Positions 13,780 through 27,748 are shown, numbered from the stretch's first letter. The stretch: 64,000 nucleotides of DNA from Mobula birostris (GCF_030028105.1 NC_092402.1:79723425-79787424); one strand, 5' to 3'. Numbers and translations are program-made. Notes: generated by a model not told the origin, from the sequence alone.

Positions 13780-13959
13780 CTTCACCCGACTCAGAATAAA
13801 GCACCGATCTGAGACTAGAATCAGCTCCGAAAACCGGTCTTGTTCGCCGACTGGAACTCGGGATATAGAAACGCCGCGGCTTGTGATCCGGGAGCGGACG
13901 CCGGTGCTGCCGAGTCCTGTGTCTGGGGATCGTGCTCTGAGCTCTCTCTGCCATACTGC

Positions 13960-14110
13960 CGGATTTTATATGTTAAAATCCGAAAATGGGTGACATTCGA
14001 AAAGTGAAATGAGTGCGGGATATTTGGGAACGCGTCGGGAGAGAGCGAACTTCGCTCTGAAGTAAGGAATCTGAAAGCGGGAGAGTCCCGCAACAACGAC
14101 GGGAAAATCC
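13960..14110 (-). promoter_or_regulatory. Proximal IFN promoter of copy B: 2x NF-kB, IRF-E, TATA
   Basis: GGGAAAATCC (14101-14110), GGGAGAGTCCC (14079-14089), GAAAAGTGAAA (~13999), TATAAAA on the minus strand at ~13965. Confidence 0.75.
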
Positions 14111-14338
14111 GCCACCGGAGAGAACAAGCAGCGCCCAGGCTGTTCATGATTTCAGATCGGAGGGTCAAAGGGGTTGTGAAGGGAGGGTCAGGTTTATCAG
14201 GGGTCGAGAATGGTTTTGCGGACGTGACAGTTGCCGTGCATTGGTGGGGGCTGCATTTTATCACGGTGACAATAACCCTGCGCCTTTCAGAGCTGATCTT
14301 CGGATCCACAGACAGCTTTTGTTAAAATCTCCTTTTGC

Positions 14339-14647
14339 ACTCACCCCCAACTCCGACGAAGCCACATTGCAGGGTGGTCAGTGCCGAGAGCCCGGGTCAT
14401 AGCGATCGGTGGCGACTCTCTGCGCGGATACACGTGTCAGTGACTGTGTTCTCTAAGCAGAGAAAGTTTCTGTTGTACGTGTTTCTTTTCGCAGACAACA
14501 TCTCTGTTTTCTTTATTTGAAATTAAGCCTCTTCCACTCTGGATCGGAAGACGAACCCTATCCCGATCTCTTTGCTTTCCTGCCGCTCCGCCGGTATCTT
14601 CACCAAAACCGAAAGTATCCGGTGACGTGACTGTTCGTCACTTCCGA
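14339..14647 (-). promoter_or_regulatory. Putative distal promoter and non-coding exon 0 of copy B
   Basis: CGGAAGTGACG (ETS-CRE) at ~14636-14646 on the minus strand, AAAACCGAAAGT (IRF-E) at 14605-14616, GTGAGT donor at 14344-14339. Confidence 0.45.
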
Positions 14648-14679
14648 AAGTGGGCGCGTTTGTAAACAACTTGGGTCAC

Positions 14680-17350
14680 GGCCAAAGTCTCGTTATTGTC
14701 ATATGCTAAGTATGTGTATGCAGCGGCGCAATGAAAGGCATATTTACCGCTGCATCGTAGGCGCACAACGCCATATTAGCTGTATTCACAAAATAATAAC
14801 TTAACCAAACATAAATTATACAGAGTTTTTACAAGGACGAATAAAATTAGGAAAAAATGTTCATTTTATTGCAACATGATTAATGTTATAGTGTTAATAA
14901 TCTGGAGTGATTATGGTTGTGCAGGCTGATTCAAGAAGGAAATAGTTGAAGGGATGTAACTGTTCTTGAACCTAGTCGCGTGGGACTTCAAGCTTACGTA
15001 CCTCTTCCTGGATAGTAGGTGTAGAAAGATGTCATGGTCTAGATGGTGGGAACCTTGTACGATTCATGCTGCCTTCTTGAACCAATACCTCAGGTAGATA
15101 TTTTCGATGATGGTGGTGGAGGAAGGTGCCCGTGGTGCATTGGTCCACTGCTCCCTACAGATTCTTACATTCCTGCACATCCGAATTCTGCCGATCTACA
15201 TTATGGTGCAAGAAGAAGAATGCTTTTAACAGTACAAGAGAGAAAATAAATAAATAAGGGATGGGCCACACTTAGGCTGGAAGAAGATGAAGCCACACTC
15301 AGGTTGGAGGAACAACACCTTATATTCCGTCCCCATTCCCATTCTGACATGTCTATCCACGGCCTCCTCTACTGTAAAGATGAAGCCACACTCAAGTTGG
15401 AGGAACAACACCTTATATTCCGTCTCGGTAGCCTCCAACCTGATGGCATGAACATTGACTTCTCAAACTTCCGCTAATGCCCCACCTCCCCTTCGTACCC
15501 CATCCCTTATTTATTTGTCTATTTATTTGTCTGTTTGTTTGTTTATTTATTTATTTATTTATTATTTTTTCTCTCTTTTTTCTCCCTGTGTCCCACTCAC
15601 TATAACTCCTTGCCCATCCTCTGGGCTCCCCTCTTCCTTTCTTTCTCCCTAGGCCTCCCGTCCCATGATCCTCTCCCTTCTCCAGCCCCGAATCCCTTTT
15701 GCCAATGACCTGTCCAGCTCTTGGCTCCATCCCTCCCCCTCCTGTCTTCTCCTATCATTTCGGATCTCCCCCTCCCACTTTCAAATCTCTTTCTAGCTCT
15801 TCTTTCAGTTAGTCCTGACGAACGAAGGGTCTCGGCCCGAAACGTGGACTGTACCTCTTCTTATAGATGCTGCCTGGCCTGCTGCGTTCACCAGCAATTT
15901 TTATGTGTGTTGCTTGAATTTGCAGCATCTGCAGATTTCCTGGTGTTTGCCCATTTGTTCGAGATGAAATTCGAGCCACATTTGGAAGGTGGTGTGTGCT
16001 TTCATGCAGACCCTGATTCCAGCGTATGAGTTAAAGACAACTTCAAGATGAGCTCCAACTTCTGTGCACATTTGGAAAGGGTTAACTGCAATGGGGCCTT
16101 TTTATTATTTTTTTCTTTTCTTTTTTCCCTACTAACTGTTCGAATAAGCTGAAATTTGTAAATATACTTTCTTTATAATTATATGCAGTGTCCCATCTGT
16201 TGTTTCTTGCCGACGGTAAATTGCATAGGAGCAGTATTTACACAGTATTCGCACAGATCGGGGTTCGGATGGTTGACATATCGCAACTTCCCAATTTTGC
16301 TGGGACCCAAGTCATATTGACCCAAGACATATGGTGTTTGAGAAAGGTGGTTTTCTCGCCGCTGCGTCCAGAGGCTGTTCACGAGGGGCTAACAAGCCGC
16401 GTCTCTAGAGACGCCCGGTAAAAAACAGTTTCATATGTGTTGGGCTATGGGAAGTTATCCGACATGTTAATGCCCACGAAATTTCACTGTTGACCCCCCA
16501 ATGTACAGTGGTATAGGTTTGCCCTCCTCAACCTTCCTGGTCAATAATCAGCTCTTTATTTTTGCTGACGTTGAGCGAGTGGTTGATCTTGAGACACCAC
16601 GCAAACGGGCGATGAACTTTCTCCAGTAGATTGACTCATCACTACCTGTTATTCATCCAGCAACAGAGATGTTGACCATGCATTTGAAGTTAGTATTGAA
16701 GCTATGCTTAGCCACACAATGAATGTGTATAGACAATTGAGCAGAGGCTAAGCACGCAGCCTCCGACTGTAACTGCGTTGATGATCGGCGAAGAGAGATA
16801 CTGTTGCTAATCCTCACTGATTGAAGTTTACAATGAAGAAGGGGAGTATCTAATTACAGAGGAAGGTACAGATGAGGAAGGCCCATGTCCTCAAGTCTGA
16901 TGATGAGTTTCGATGGGATGATATAGATGATATTTAACCCCATCATTCCTACCGGGGAATAGGCCACCGACGGTAGCTCGCCAGAGCCGAGCCAGCCATT
17001 CACGTCGTCTCCGGGTGTAGCCCATTTTTTCCTTCCTCTCCCACAGATGAGGTCTGTAGAGCTTCTGTTGGCGTTTCTGTAGCACTGTGTTTTTGAGGAA
17101 TAGGGTTGCCACCTCATGCCCCAAACCCGTCCTTCTGCAGTTGGGCTTGGGACCGCCCATGCCATGGCGGGTTTTCGATGGGATGATTGCGTTGAAATCC
17201 GAGTTTTAATTGATAAACCGCAGCCGGAAGTATGTGTCCATGTTGTCCCGATGGTCCACAGTAGAGTGAACAGCCAGAGAAATCACACCTGATGTAGACC
17301 CGTTGAGGCATTAAATAAACTGGGGCGGGTCTGGGTCATTTCTGAGGCTG
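14680..17350 (-). mobile_element. Degenerate Rex1/Babar-like LINE fragments interrupted by other insertions
   Basis: Decayed similarity to the Rex1-type element at 58915-60720 (e.g. 16540-16600 resembles the NL.LNV.KTKELIID region). Confidence 0.5.
15266..15950 (+). mobile_element. Penelope-like element 3' end / pseudo-LTR with hammerhead-like motif
   Basis: Encodes ...LEEQHLIFRLGSLQPDGMNIDFSNF (C-terminus downstream of the GIY-YIG domain). CTGACGA...GAAAC motif at ~15812-15850 with an ACGA duplication. Confidence 0.75.
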
Positions 17351-17929
17351 GGTAAGGGAAAGTAGGAAATTCTGGGGTTTTATTGTTCCCATATATCTCC
17401 TTTCAACACACCCCCTCTTAACTTAAAAGCATGCCAACTGGTAGTGCAGATTTCGACCCTGGAAGAAAGATACCAGCTGTCTGAGTTATTTATGCCTCTC
17501 AATATCTTACAAACGTCTATCTCGTTTCCCCTCATCCTCCGCCGTGTCGGAGATAACAATGCAAGTTTGTCCAACCTCACGTTTCAGCAAGCGTCCTCCA
17601 ATAAGGGCAATATCTCGCTAAACCTTTACTTCACACCGTACTGTAAACATAACAGTTGCACACCATATCAAGACGGTTTTTGTCCTCATCTGTTGTCCAG
17701 GCACACATCAATGGTCTTTTCTGCTTCTTTCAAACTGCCTAATTGATCCCTGTGTTGTCTGACATTTCTGTGGCCTGGGGGAGTCAGTGGTCTTTGTATA
17801 ATTCGAATGTAAAAATTGTAACCCCGGCCTCGCCACCGCATGAGTATTTCAAAAGCCTCAAGTTCTGGTGCACTTCAGACCTATGCTCCCAATCCATGGG
17901 CACTCTTTGCAGAGGTTATTCGGGTCAAG

Positions 17930-20900
17930 TTATTATTATTAATTTTTAAACTTTTCTTCTCAGCTTAGGCTGGTAAAACCCAAGCTATGGGCATAGGTAA
18001 ACACACTCATTTCTCAACTGCTAGGAACTTTCCAACTGTTCTAGTGGTGCTTAGTATTGTGGCTTTTGGAGACTTACATAAATATTACTGTGTAGGCCTA
18101 ATTATTTAATGCTATCGTGTAGTGATTTTGGGATGACACTATTTGTAGATATTACTATAGAGACAATGTCCTCTCTGTTCATGTTCCAAAGTCTCCCAAT
18201 TTCCTCTTTTAATTCAACGTATTTCTGGAGATTTTCACTTATTGATCTTTGTATGTTATGTGTGCTTAGAATGACTATATCTATTAAGTAAGTTGTTCTT
18301 GCTTGTTTATCCTTTATTATTATACAATATCTGGATGGTTATTATGGATTGTTCTGTCTGCAATAACCGATCAGTGTAATATAATTTATGAGGCTCTGAC
18401 TCTAAAACTGGATCAGGCGTGTATTTGTAGTATTTCTTTCATAAATTTGCATCTTAAAGCAACATTTTGATGAATTATGTTTACCACTTGATTGTGCCTG
18501 TATAAGTCATCAGATTGAGTTAAACTGCTGTAAGATCTTGTAATGTCTTGGATTATTTCTGGTTTCTATTGGCATTTTCTGAGTTGTCGTCTTGAGTTGT
18601 TGGGTCTTTTATTGTACTTTTATTATGTATTTTCGATCATTTTTAGTGCTAACCACCTGGTCCTGTTTTGTCACGTGGTTCCCTTCTGTTTCTGGGAAGA
18701 GGTATCATACGACGCTTCCTTGTCAACATCCTGTATGCTCAGATCGAGGAGGTGTTCTCCATCCGGATCATACCCGTCCTTTTGTTAACATTTTCTTTAA
18801 TAGTGATAGCTTCTTCATTTTTCTGGGCTGTGCTTTCGTTTAAGTTTAGTGGTGTGTACTTCTTATCAGAATTGCATTTGCTCGCCTGGAGTGTTGAATT
18901 CTGTTTTCGTTGATGAAAATATATCCTTAGAAATTTTATCTGATTGCTGTGTAATTTTTAAATGTTTGTAACTCCTCTTCCTCATTCGGTTAATCTAAGC
19001 ACATTTGAGTGTTTCAGAATTTCAGAACATTTCAGAATACAGAGTTTTCTGAAATTTAGCATTTCAGTTCTTATTTTTCTTTGTAAATTTTGCAGATTGG
19101 TTTTGGACCAAGTTATTATGACAAAAGAATATGTTATTCTGGGTATACCAAAGTGTTTATTGCCTTTGTTATATTTTTACTACTGAGCTCTGTTTGGCAG
19201 ATTTTCTTAAGGCTTGGAGTAAACTCTGTCGAAGATTTTCCCTTTATGATCTACTTTCTTTGCTTGTTGATATCCGAGGTACTTAATTGTTTCATATTCA
19301 TTCATTGGTTGTATTGCAGCTTGCTGCTCTGTTTTGTATTCTATTAGCTCTGTTGCACCTTCCTTTATGTTTAATTTTCTGTACTTATCTAGTCCAAAGT
19401 TCATGTTTATACCTTCCCTTGTTTCTGATTTGATACCCAACATACGTCCGATTCAGTAAATTAAAAAGCGGGTTTAAAGCTAAACAAAACCATAGTGGGC
19501 TTAGAGAGTCGCCCTGGAGAATGTCTCTGTTTATTTTGATAATAGTAGCTGTTCTTTTTCGTTGTCAATAGATCGGGTGATTATATTACGCGAATCCTTC
19601 ATCAGATATTAAAGGAATTTCACAAGTATTGGGTGAGGTTCATATATATTAAGAATTTGCATTAACCATGTGCGTGGGACAGAATCAAATGTTTTTGATG
19701 GTCAATATAACAACATGAAAGATTTCTGCCTTTCTGTCGGTTTTGATTTAGAATTACAGAATCTATTATCAGTTATACTTTACATCCTGTCATCCCCTTA
19801 CGGCATCCTTTCTGCTCTTCTGTAAGTATATTGTAGTTATCTAAGTGAGTAGTTGCGGGATGCATGATGTTCTAATTTTATATATAGTTTGTAAACAAGT
19901 AATAGGACGATAATTTTGACGGATGATTAGTAATTTCTCCTTTGCGTAGGAAATATGTTTTACCTTCTATTGAAACTTCTGGCACTTTTTTCAAGATTTT
20001 AAAGAAAATTGTTGATATGTATTAATGGGTATGGATGAAGGTAAGTAATTTTTTATAGCAATGATTATGCCATTTCTTTTCCAGTTTGGGGTATTTTTTA
20101 ATAACCACTTTTAGCATATCCACTGTAACTTCAAGTATTTGCCTTTCTTCAATTGTGTGTGTACGTTCATTTCTCTTCCTAACCCAGCTTGCTTCTTGAT
20201 CGTGTGTCATAGGTTTGGCCAGATATTGGATCAAAAGTTCATTATCTCTGTGATTGTTGGTCATTCCGTGCTTGGGTCGGTGACACTTTGGTGTGTCGAA
20301 TTTAGTTTCGGTATCCTGTATATACCATTTTCATTGTTTGTGAACTGATAAATCTACTTTCTTCACCTGGCGCATTTCATGTATCTAATTAGTCTAGCTT
20401 TGTGTGCACCGAGTATTTGTTTTAGTTTATCGATAAGTTCTACAATTTTTTTTAGTTTGATTGTATCTCGTATGGACTTTCTATTTCCTTGGTGCTTCCT
20501 TAGCTTTTCTTTTAAATTTTTGCTCAGGTTATTCATTTTGTACTCCATTAGGCGTGCTATTTCTGCTCTTAAGATTTTAATTTTGTTGCTTCATCTTTTC
20601 TATAATTTTGGTATTCTCGTTCTATTACTCAGTTTTGGGTTTCTATTAATTGGTGCCTCTATTTTGGATCATTGCTCTTCACTGCTGTTAATGCTGCATA
20701 GGATATTATTGTGTGTAGTTCTTCAAATGTTTCAAGTATTCCTAAATATTATAGTGATATAATATTGTTGAAGTATCTAGAAGTTTGATGAAGTATTTTG
20801 TTTTGGTGTGTAGGGACTTTTTATTGTGTCAATGTTCATATATTCTTTTAGAGTGAAGTTAAATATTAGGATAATTTTGTCTGTAAGCTCAGCTTCCTCA

Positions 20901-22495
20901 TCAGCATTCTGAGAAGATTCTACGTCTGTGTTATTGCTGTTAACCATCCGGTTGTGAAGCAGATCAAACAAATTGTATTTTCATTCGTGTTTCGGTGTGT
21001 AACACGCTGTAAGGTTTCACTGATGATGTAATGGCTTCTCTCTAATGTTCCACTGCTGAGGTAATGGTTTCTCTGTGGCAGTGATGTTTGGGTTATGACT
21101 AGAGATAACGGGGCATGCTAGCCAATAAGCGGGATGTTGTTCTTTCTTGTGTGTCTGGGAGCCTGGAATTTGTGGGTCTTTTGCCGGGGAGAGATGAGGA
21201 GAGAAGACGCGAATGAAGAGAGTTGGTAGACCTCGGACGGAGTGGACGGAGCGAGCGTCCGAAGGTCAGCGACGATCGGAAGAGGTCGATGGTGGACGAA
21301 CGGCCTTATCAGTGAGCTCCAACATTTTCGCATTAGACTGTTTCATGAGAATGGGCTTTTCTCTCTTTTTTTGTTGTCTTTACTAACCATATAGTCAAAG
21401 TAAGAATTATAAAGCTTAATCGTTTAATCGTATATTGTGTATTGTTTGTTATTTCCTGGTACTGATTTGTAAAAGGGGACACATCGCGCAGCATCCACCC
21501 AAACGATATTTCTTAAGTTTGGCCGGGCCGGGGGGGCGGGGGGTGGTATCATCCCCTATATTAAGCTGCTAGCCGAGGCGAGAGTTACAGGTGCATTGTA
21601 TTTTCATTATTTTATTGCATAGCATTATTGTGGTCCTTCGGTTGCAACACAGACCAAATACTGGAGGAACTCATTAGGCTAAGCATCATCTATGGAAACG
21701 AGTAAACAGTCGATTATTCGGGCCAGGACCCTTCATCAGAACTTTAGGTTGGTTTCTTTCTAGCTCTTCAGTAACTTCGTGTTTTATTTGGTTTAACTTG
21801 TCTATTGGGATGAAGTTATTTTTTACTATCGCTCTATGTTGATCTACTATTCGTTGTGCAATTACCTGCATGAAGGGATATTGCGCTATAAACTGTTGAT
21901 GAAGTTTGTTCCTGCATGCTGTCATATAAGTTTCAAGTTCCATTACTCGGTAAATTTACACGCATTGTGAATGTGTTTACTTCTAATGACTATTTCATCC
22001 GTGCCTTTCTTCTCTTAACTGCTTGAGTGGTCTTAGTTGTAAGTGGACTGCTCCCCTGAGAAACACTTGCGGCAGGCGCAGCCTGGGGTTTTGTTGTGCT
22101 ACTTTGAATGCTACCAGTATCTTCTTTCAGGTTTCCAGGTGCCTGCCCGCCTGTTCAGCGGTGCACCATCAGCGGTTTGCGTACTGTCATGCCCTGCGCT
22201 AGCTCCAGGCATGCCCTGACGATCTCCAGTCAGTGGCCGTATCACTCTATTTCGTAGATGCCTCTACTTTCTAAAATGAAAGGGGGCTGCATTTTATACT
22301 TATGGCTTCATTCGCCCCTAACATGGGGTACAGACGCGGACCATAGCACGGCCCAGTCTGGGTACAGACGTGCCTGGATTAGTTTCTGCTTTGGTCCGCA
22401 GGTGGTATTTTATTTCTGATTTGCCCTGCATATCCGCAGAACTTTCCCGAATCCGCCACATGGGGCCGGATGGGGGACTGAAAACCTTTCATTGA
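17930..22495 (-). mobile_element. R4-clade (Dong-like) non-LTR retrotransposon with restriction-like endonuclease, degenerate
   Basis: Minus-strand remnants EEQKGCRKG, YIDxxKxFDSVPH, ILQGDSLSPLWFCLALNP, INMNFGLDK, YKYLG-like, RHNQV, NNHPDI...TYLIDIVI. (TAA)n tracts at both ends (17930-17941, 22496-22518). Confidence 0.8.
20998..21589. mobile_element. Solo LTR nested in the Dong-like element
   Basis: Termini TGTAAC...GTTACA. 4-bp TSD GGTG at 20994-20997 and 21590-21593. Confidence 0.8.
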
Positions 22496-23554
22496 TTATT
22501 ATTATTATTATTATTATTACATTCGCAGAGTTTGTTGTCTTTTGCACATTGCTTGTTTGTTCATCGTGTTGGATGCAGTCCTTCATTGGTTCTATTCTGT
22601 TTCTTGAATTTACTGTCTATGCCCGCAAGAAAATGAATCTCAAGGTTGTATATGTACTTTGATCATAAATTTACTTTGAACTTTGAATTTTGAAATGATC
22701 CTAGGTAAGGAGGAATAGCAGGCATAATGATGTATCACACGACAAAAGTGTTCAAAATAATACTTTTATTTACATCAACATCTTTAGTATAAATATTTAC
22801 CGCTTTTAGAAATAGTATCTCTCAATAAATAGACAATAAATTAACAACCTTTTGAGGCTCTGTTCCTGCATTTAAGTACCTTCACATTAACACGACAAAT
22901 ATAAATACAGGCTGAGATGAATTGATCAGCTAGCTGTTGATCAACTACCGAAGTAAGTACTGTAATCATGACTGATGGTCAGGAAAGAGGTCGAGCATCA
23001 TTAGCCTGCTAGTACACATGACAAAAATTTATTTTTGTGGTATTACTGAACCCTATTACTTTAAAAAAAAGTTAACAGGGCTCAGTGACGCCACAAAAGC
23101 AAGCTCAAGAAAATTATGATGGAAAATGAATTGCTGCGCAGTTCATTTTATATCAGAACTATATTAGATTAGTTCTAAATAACTGAAATAGAACTAATTA
23201 CTGCCAACCGCAACGAAACAAGCTGCAGAAAGGCAGTGATAGTGAGATGCTGACCACAGAGCACCTTCTCCAGAAATGGAACTTTGCATTGCAGTAACGG
23301 TCAATCAGTCAAACGGGGAACAAAAACAGGACCATTCAGCAAATTCAAATCTCAACACAGGAGATTAAATAAATACATCAATAAATATATCAGTGCATAA
23401 ATATCAAGATAGATTCAGACATTCTCTATTCTCCATCACTCACCAGATGAAAATTGCCTTAACATTCAACATAACACACAAGGGGGAGGAGAATAGAAAA
23501 TTACTGAACGTAATCTACATATCACGTAGTGGCGAATGGGCGTGAACAACAGTT

Positions 23555-23800
23555 CATGTTGCATAGGCTTAGCATTTAGCACCAGCGATTGGGGATCCGT
23601 TCCCACCGCTCTCTCTAAGGAGTTTGTATGTTGGCCCCATGATCGTGTGGGTTTTCTCTGAGTACTCCTGTTTCCGAAGACAAACGAGTAGTAAGTGGTG
23701 AGCCAAAAGTACGGCGACACCTCCAGGCTGCCCCAGTGCCCTTAGACAGCGTTTTTCGTACGTTTCGATGTATGTTTGACGAATAACGGTAATCTTTAGC
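23555..23800 (+). mobile_element. V-SINE/HE1-like SINE, degenerate
   Basis: ggagtttgtatgtt...cgtgtgggttttctctgagtactcctgtttcc core, also seen at 62800-63055. Confidence 0.55.
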
Positions 23801-24009
23801 GTAAAGAAATGCTCATATTGATGAGCATTTAGGACAGTATTTTATTTGGTCCGATATATTAACTAGGTTTCCTCTCCACACAGATTGTGTATTCCATCAT
23901 CTTCTGTTTTCATAAATAGCTCTGGAAATTGTTTTATTTTCCTTCCAAAATGTAATATTAGTCCATTTCGAGATCCTTTTACACATAAAATATTTGAATT
24001 AAATAGTCA

Positions 24010-27000
24010 TCAATCTTGGCTTTCTTTGATATTATCTCTGGAAAGTCTTCGGTGAACTTTATTGACTTTTCCCATAATTAAAAGGAGTTGTTGTAAATGT
24101 CTCCTGGTCCTATCGTGGATTATTTTCCAGGCACAGTCACTGAATCCCTAAAAGAGGAAAAGCAAAAAGTAAATATATTAGATAATAAACAGATATTAAT
24201 TAGCTGTATGAATCTGTAAATAATCATAGAGAATAATCTTAGCCAACTCACCTTCTGTTTCAGAAACTCTCTCAGTACATGAAAGTATTTAAGAATTGCG
24301 GCATTCTTCCTTGGTTTGGACTCTGAGCCTGGTTTCCGGACACAGACATCCAGCTCTTTGAGCTGCCGATCCAACAGAAGCCTGAAGTGTTCCACTGAGC
24401 TCTGGACCCACGTGACTGAGTTCAGGTTCAAACTGTAGATCCTGCGGAGGTGATGCAGGATCTGATGGACAATCCAGATCCTTTCCTGCGCCTGTGCAAA
24501 ACACACATGGTGACATTAGAAGGGCTCTGATTCCAGTAAAGTTGAGAATTAGAACAGAATGCTTATCTAACATCAACTCCAAACAATAAGCCCTCAGGGA
24601 GATGTTGAGGAAGAAAAAAGAAAGGAAATTATAGGCCAGTCAGCCTAACGTCAGTGGTTGGGAAGGTGTTGGAGTCTATTAATAAAGATGAGGCTTCAGG
24701 GTACTTGGAAACTAATGATAAAATAAGTCTCCCTTCTGAAAAGGGAAATTTTGCCTGACAAATCCGTTAAAGTTCTTCGAGGAAGTAACCAGCAGGGTGG
24801 ACAAAGGAGAGGCCGTGGATGCAATTTACTTGGATCTTCAGAAGGCATTTAATAAGATGCCACACATGAGTCTGCCTACCAAGATAAAATACAATAGTGT
24901 TACAGGAAGATACAGGCATGGATACAAGAATGGCTGACAAGCAGGAGGCAGCATGTGGGAATAAGGGGGGCATTTTCTGGATGTTGTTCCAGTGTTGTTC
25001 CTCAGGGGTCAGTTTTGGGACTGCTGCTTTTCACATTGTTTGTCAGTGATTTAGATAATAGAGTTGATGTCTTTGTGGCAAGGTTTGCGGATGATATGAA
25101 GATAAGTGGAAGGATAGGTACTGCTCATTGCGGCAGGACTTAGACAAATTGGAAGAATGGGCAAAAATGTGGCAGATGGAATACAGTGTTGGGAAAGGTA
25201 CTCTAATGCAGTTTTGTGAAAGTGCGGACTATTATCTAAATGGGGAGAAAATTCAAACATCAGAGGTGCAGAGGGACTTAGGAGTCCTCGTGTAAGACTC
25301 CCAGAAGGTTAATTTACAGGTTAAGAAGACAAATGCAATGTTGACATTTATTTCAAGGGGAATAGAATATAAAATCAAGGAGATAATGTTGAGGCTTTAC
25401 AAGGCACGAATCAGGCTGCACTTGGAGTATTATCAACAGTTTTAGGCCCTATATCTCAGAAAGTATGTGTTCAGAAAGGAAAGAGACATGAGGAGGTTCA
25501 CGAGGATGATTCCGGGAATCAAGGGGTTAACATATGAGGAACGTTTGGCAGCTTTGGGCCTGTACTCACTGGAATTTACAAGAATGCGTGGGGATCTTCG
25601 AAACCTACTGAATGTTGAAAGGATGGATAAGATGGATGTGGAGAGAATGTATCCCTGTGGTGGGGGTGTCCAGAACTAGAGGGCACAGCCTCAACAGTGA
25701 GGGGCGACCTTTTAGAACAGAGGTATGAGGAACTTCTTTAGCCGGAGAGTATTGATTCTGTGGAATGCTCTGCCACAGACTGAGGAAGAGACCAAGTCCG
25801 TGGGTATATTTAAAGTGGAGATTGGTAGTTTCCTGATTGGTCAGGGCATCAAAGGATACGGCGAGAAGGCAGGTGTATGGGGTTGAGTGGGATTCGGGAT
25901 CAACCATGATGCAGACTCGACTGGCTGAATGGCCTAATTCTGCTCCTATGTCTTATGGTCTTATAGGAATTGCAGTCCACGGTTTGCAGGTTAAACGGAG
26001 AGTGATCAACTTACTATTAGTAAAACCTCAGTTGCACGACAGAATGTCAGTCCTTGACGGAGTGTGGAACTGATCTGCGAGAATAGCCTCAAAGATACAG
26101 GGACATTCAGTCAAAGCGCAGGGAATTTTGGTCAGATCTCCTCAAGAAAGAGGTGGTGAGGGAAGGATGGGTGTTCAATAGATGTGCAATCAAATGAAGA
26201 GGAAGAAAATAATGTTGATGAAACATGGGTTGTGTAAAAAGCTTGAACCGTAATGTATTCAGACAGCAGAAAAAAACAGTATGCAAAATAAGTCGTCCCA
26301 ATGGTACATAGCGAAAGAGAGAACAAGTGAAAGAAGATTAAGGCTACACAGCAGAGAATGCAGATGCTAGGAGGTTAAGGGAAGGGAGACATATAAAGGG
26401 GAGAGCTGCACTTTGACAAAGAGCGCACTATATGACAATTAATGCGCAATGGCCATCACTCAAAACTTGAATAGAGGCAAGTCATAAAGCCAGATTTATA
26501 TCAATATGATCTTCAACATTCTCAGTCCATGGTACCATCAAGTAGTAACTTAGTCACTAGCTTAAACTTACCTCGACACGTCATATAATACCAAGTAACT
26601 CTTCAAAAATTCTGAGAGTTTTTGCCCCTACCACTCTAACAGGCATTGTATTTCAAATTCCGACTACAAACTGGGGGAATTATTTTTTTCCTTGGATTCC
26701 ATCCAATCCTATTAATCCCTGCCTTCTACCTAGAGCGCTCGCTTTATATACAAAGCATTGGGTAAAGGTTTACAGCTATCTACATTTACATTTACAGAAC
26801 CACGTTTTATATTCCACACCTCAGCCGCCTTCTCCATGATTCAAATGGACCAGCAATGATGTGGAATTATTTAACTATTCTGAAAGGGGAAACCTCACAG
26901 TCTGTCACGGCAGCATAGGTATCAAGAAGAGCAGTCAGCTGCGGTGGACACAGGTTGCATGATTGAAGAGATGAGAGGATTTCCAGGATATCGATAGAAA

Positions 27001-27748
27001 ATATAAATTCATTGGGTGGTTGAGATAATGAGAGAGTGAAACAAGATGGCGGGGGGGGGGTTGAGTCAAGGACGGTAATATATTTAGAAGTGGAAACACA
27101 GTAGAGCAAGTGAGATGATTGGAGAGAATTAGATACAAGAGAGTGAGCTACTAGTGAGTGTGTTACAGAGAGAGAGATGGAGGAGGGTGATCACTAAAGT
27201 GAAATCTATTCGGTATGCATGCGTTCTTCGGAGTCAGTGATAGTGATTCTAAAGAAGGTGATGTGCACAGAACAAAAGAAACGATATTCTGCTGTTACCA
27301 CATTCTTCGGTTAGAGTTCAGATCAGATTCTTCACAATATTTACATTAATGTTTTGAATAAATAATATTAAATCAAAATCTAGAGTTTACTCACATGAAC
27401 CTCCGCGGAAAGTTTCACCAGGTTCAAGGGCTGGGTCAGCTCCCCAGTCGCACACTGTCGGGGGAGGCGGCCACCCTGAGACAGAAGATACCAACGTTAC
27501 TGACAATCCCCCCACACAGAAACACCGGGAGAACAGACTATTTGTAATCACCTGATTGTTAACAACGAACAGCCCGGGACTGTCAGGACCCGTCTCTGGG
27601 AGCGGGTTCAACTCACCATTTCATTCAGTTTGCCCAGAGTCTCTGTGTTGAGAACTTGCAGTAACCGCAGCCTCTCACAGCCCAGGGTCAGGGTCACGGT
27701 CAAAAACAGCCACACACTGCAAACTCTCCAAACTCGGCCCAATGCCAT
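24010..27748 (-). CDS. Type I interferon copy C, variant, 196 aa; exons 27748-27617, 27475-27395, 24491-24252, 24147-24010
   Basis: Intact frame and GT-AG splice sites. Exon 2 has an in-frame 9-bp deletion (GGRLPRQCATGELTQPLNLVKLSAEVH). Exon 4 reads GFSDCAWKIIHDRTRRHLQQLLLIMGKVNKVHRRLSRDNIKESQD* (ancestral TGA>CGA). Confidence 0.85.
24610..25962 (+). mobile_element. Degenerate CR1 LINE in intron 2 of copy C (antisense)
   Basis: [17 protein letters not shown] and FADD remnants; tail tatgtcttatggtctta. Confidence 0.85.

Noticed and set aside
24120-24506. 128-aa ORF as an intronless IFN
   Set aside because: It is exon 3 reading into flanking introns. It has no signal peptide, and the CAW exon is in another frame.
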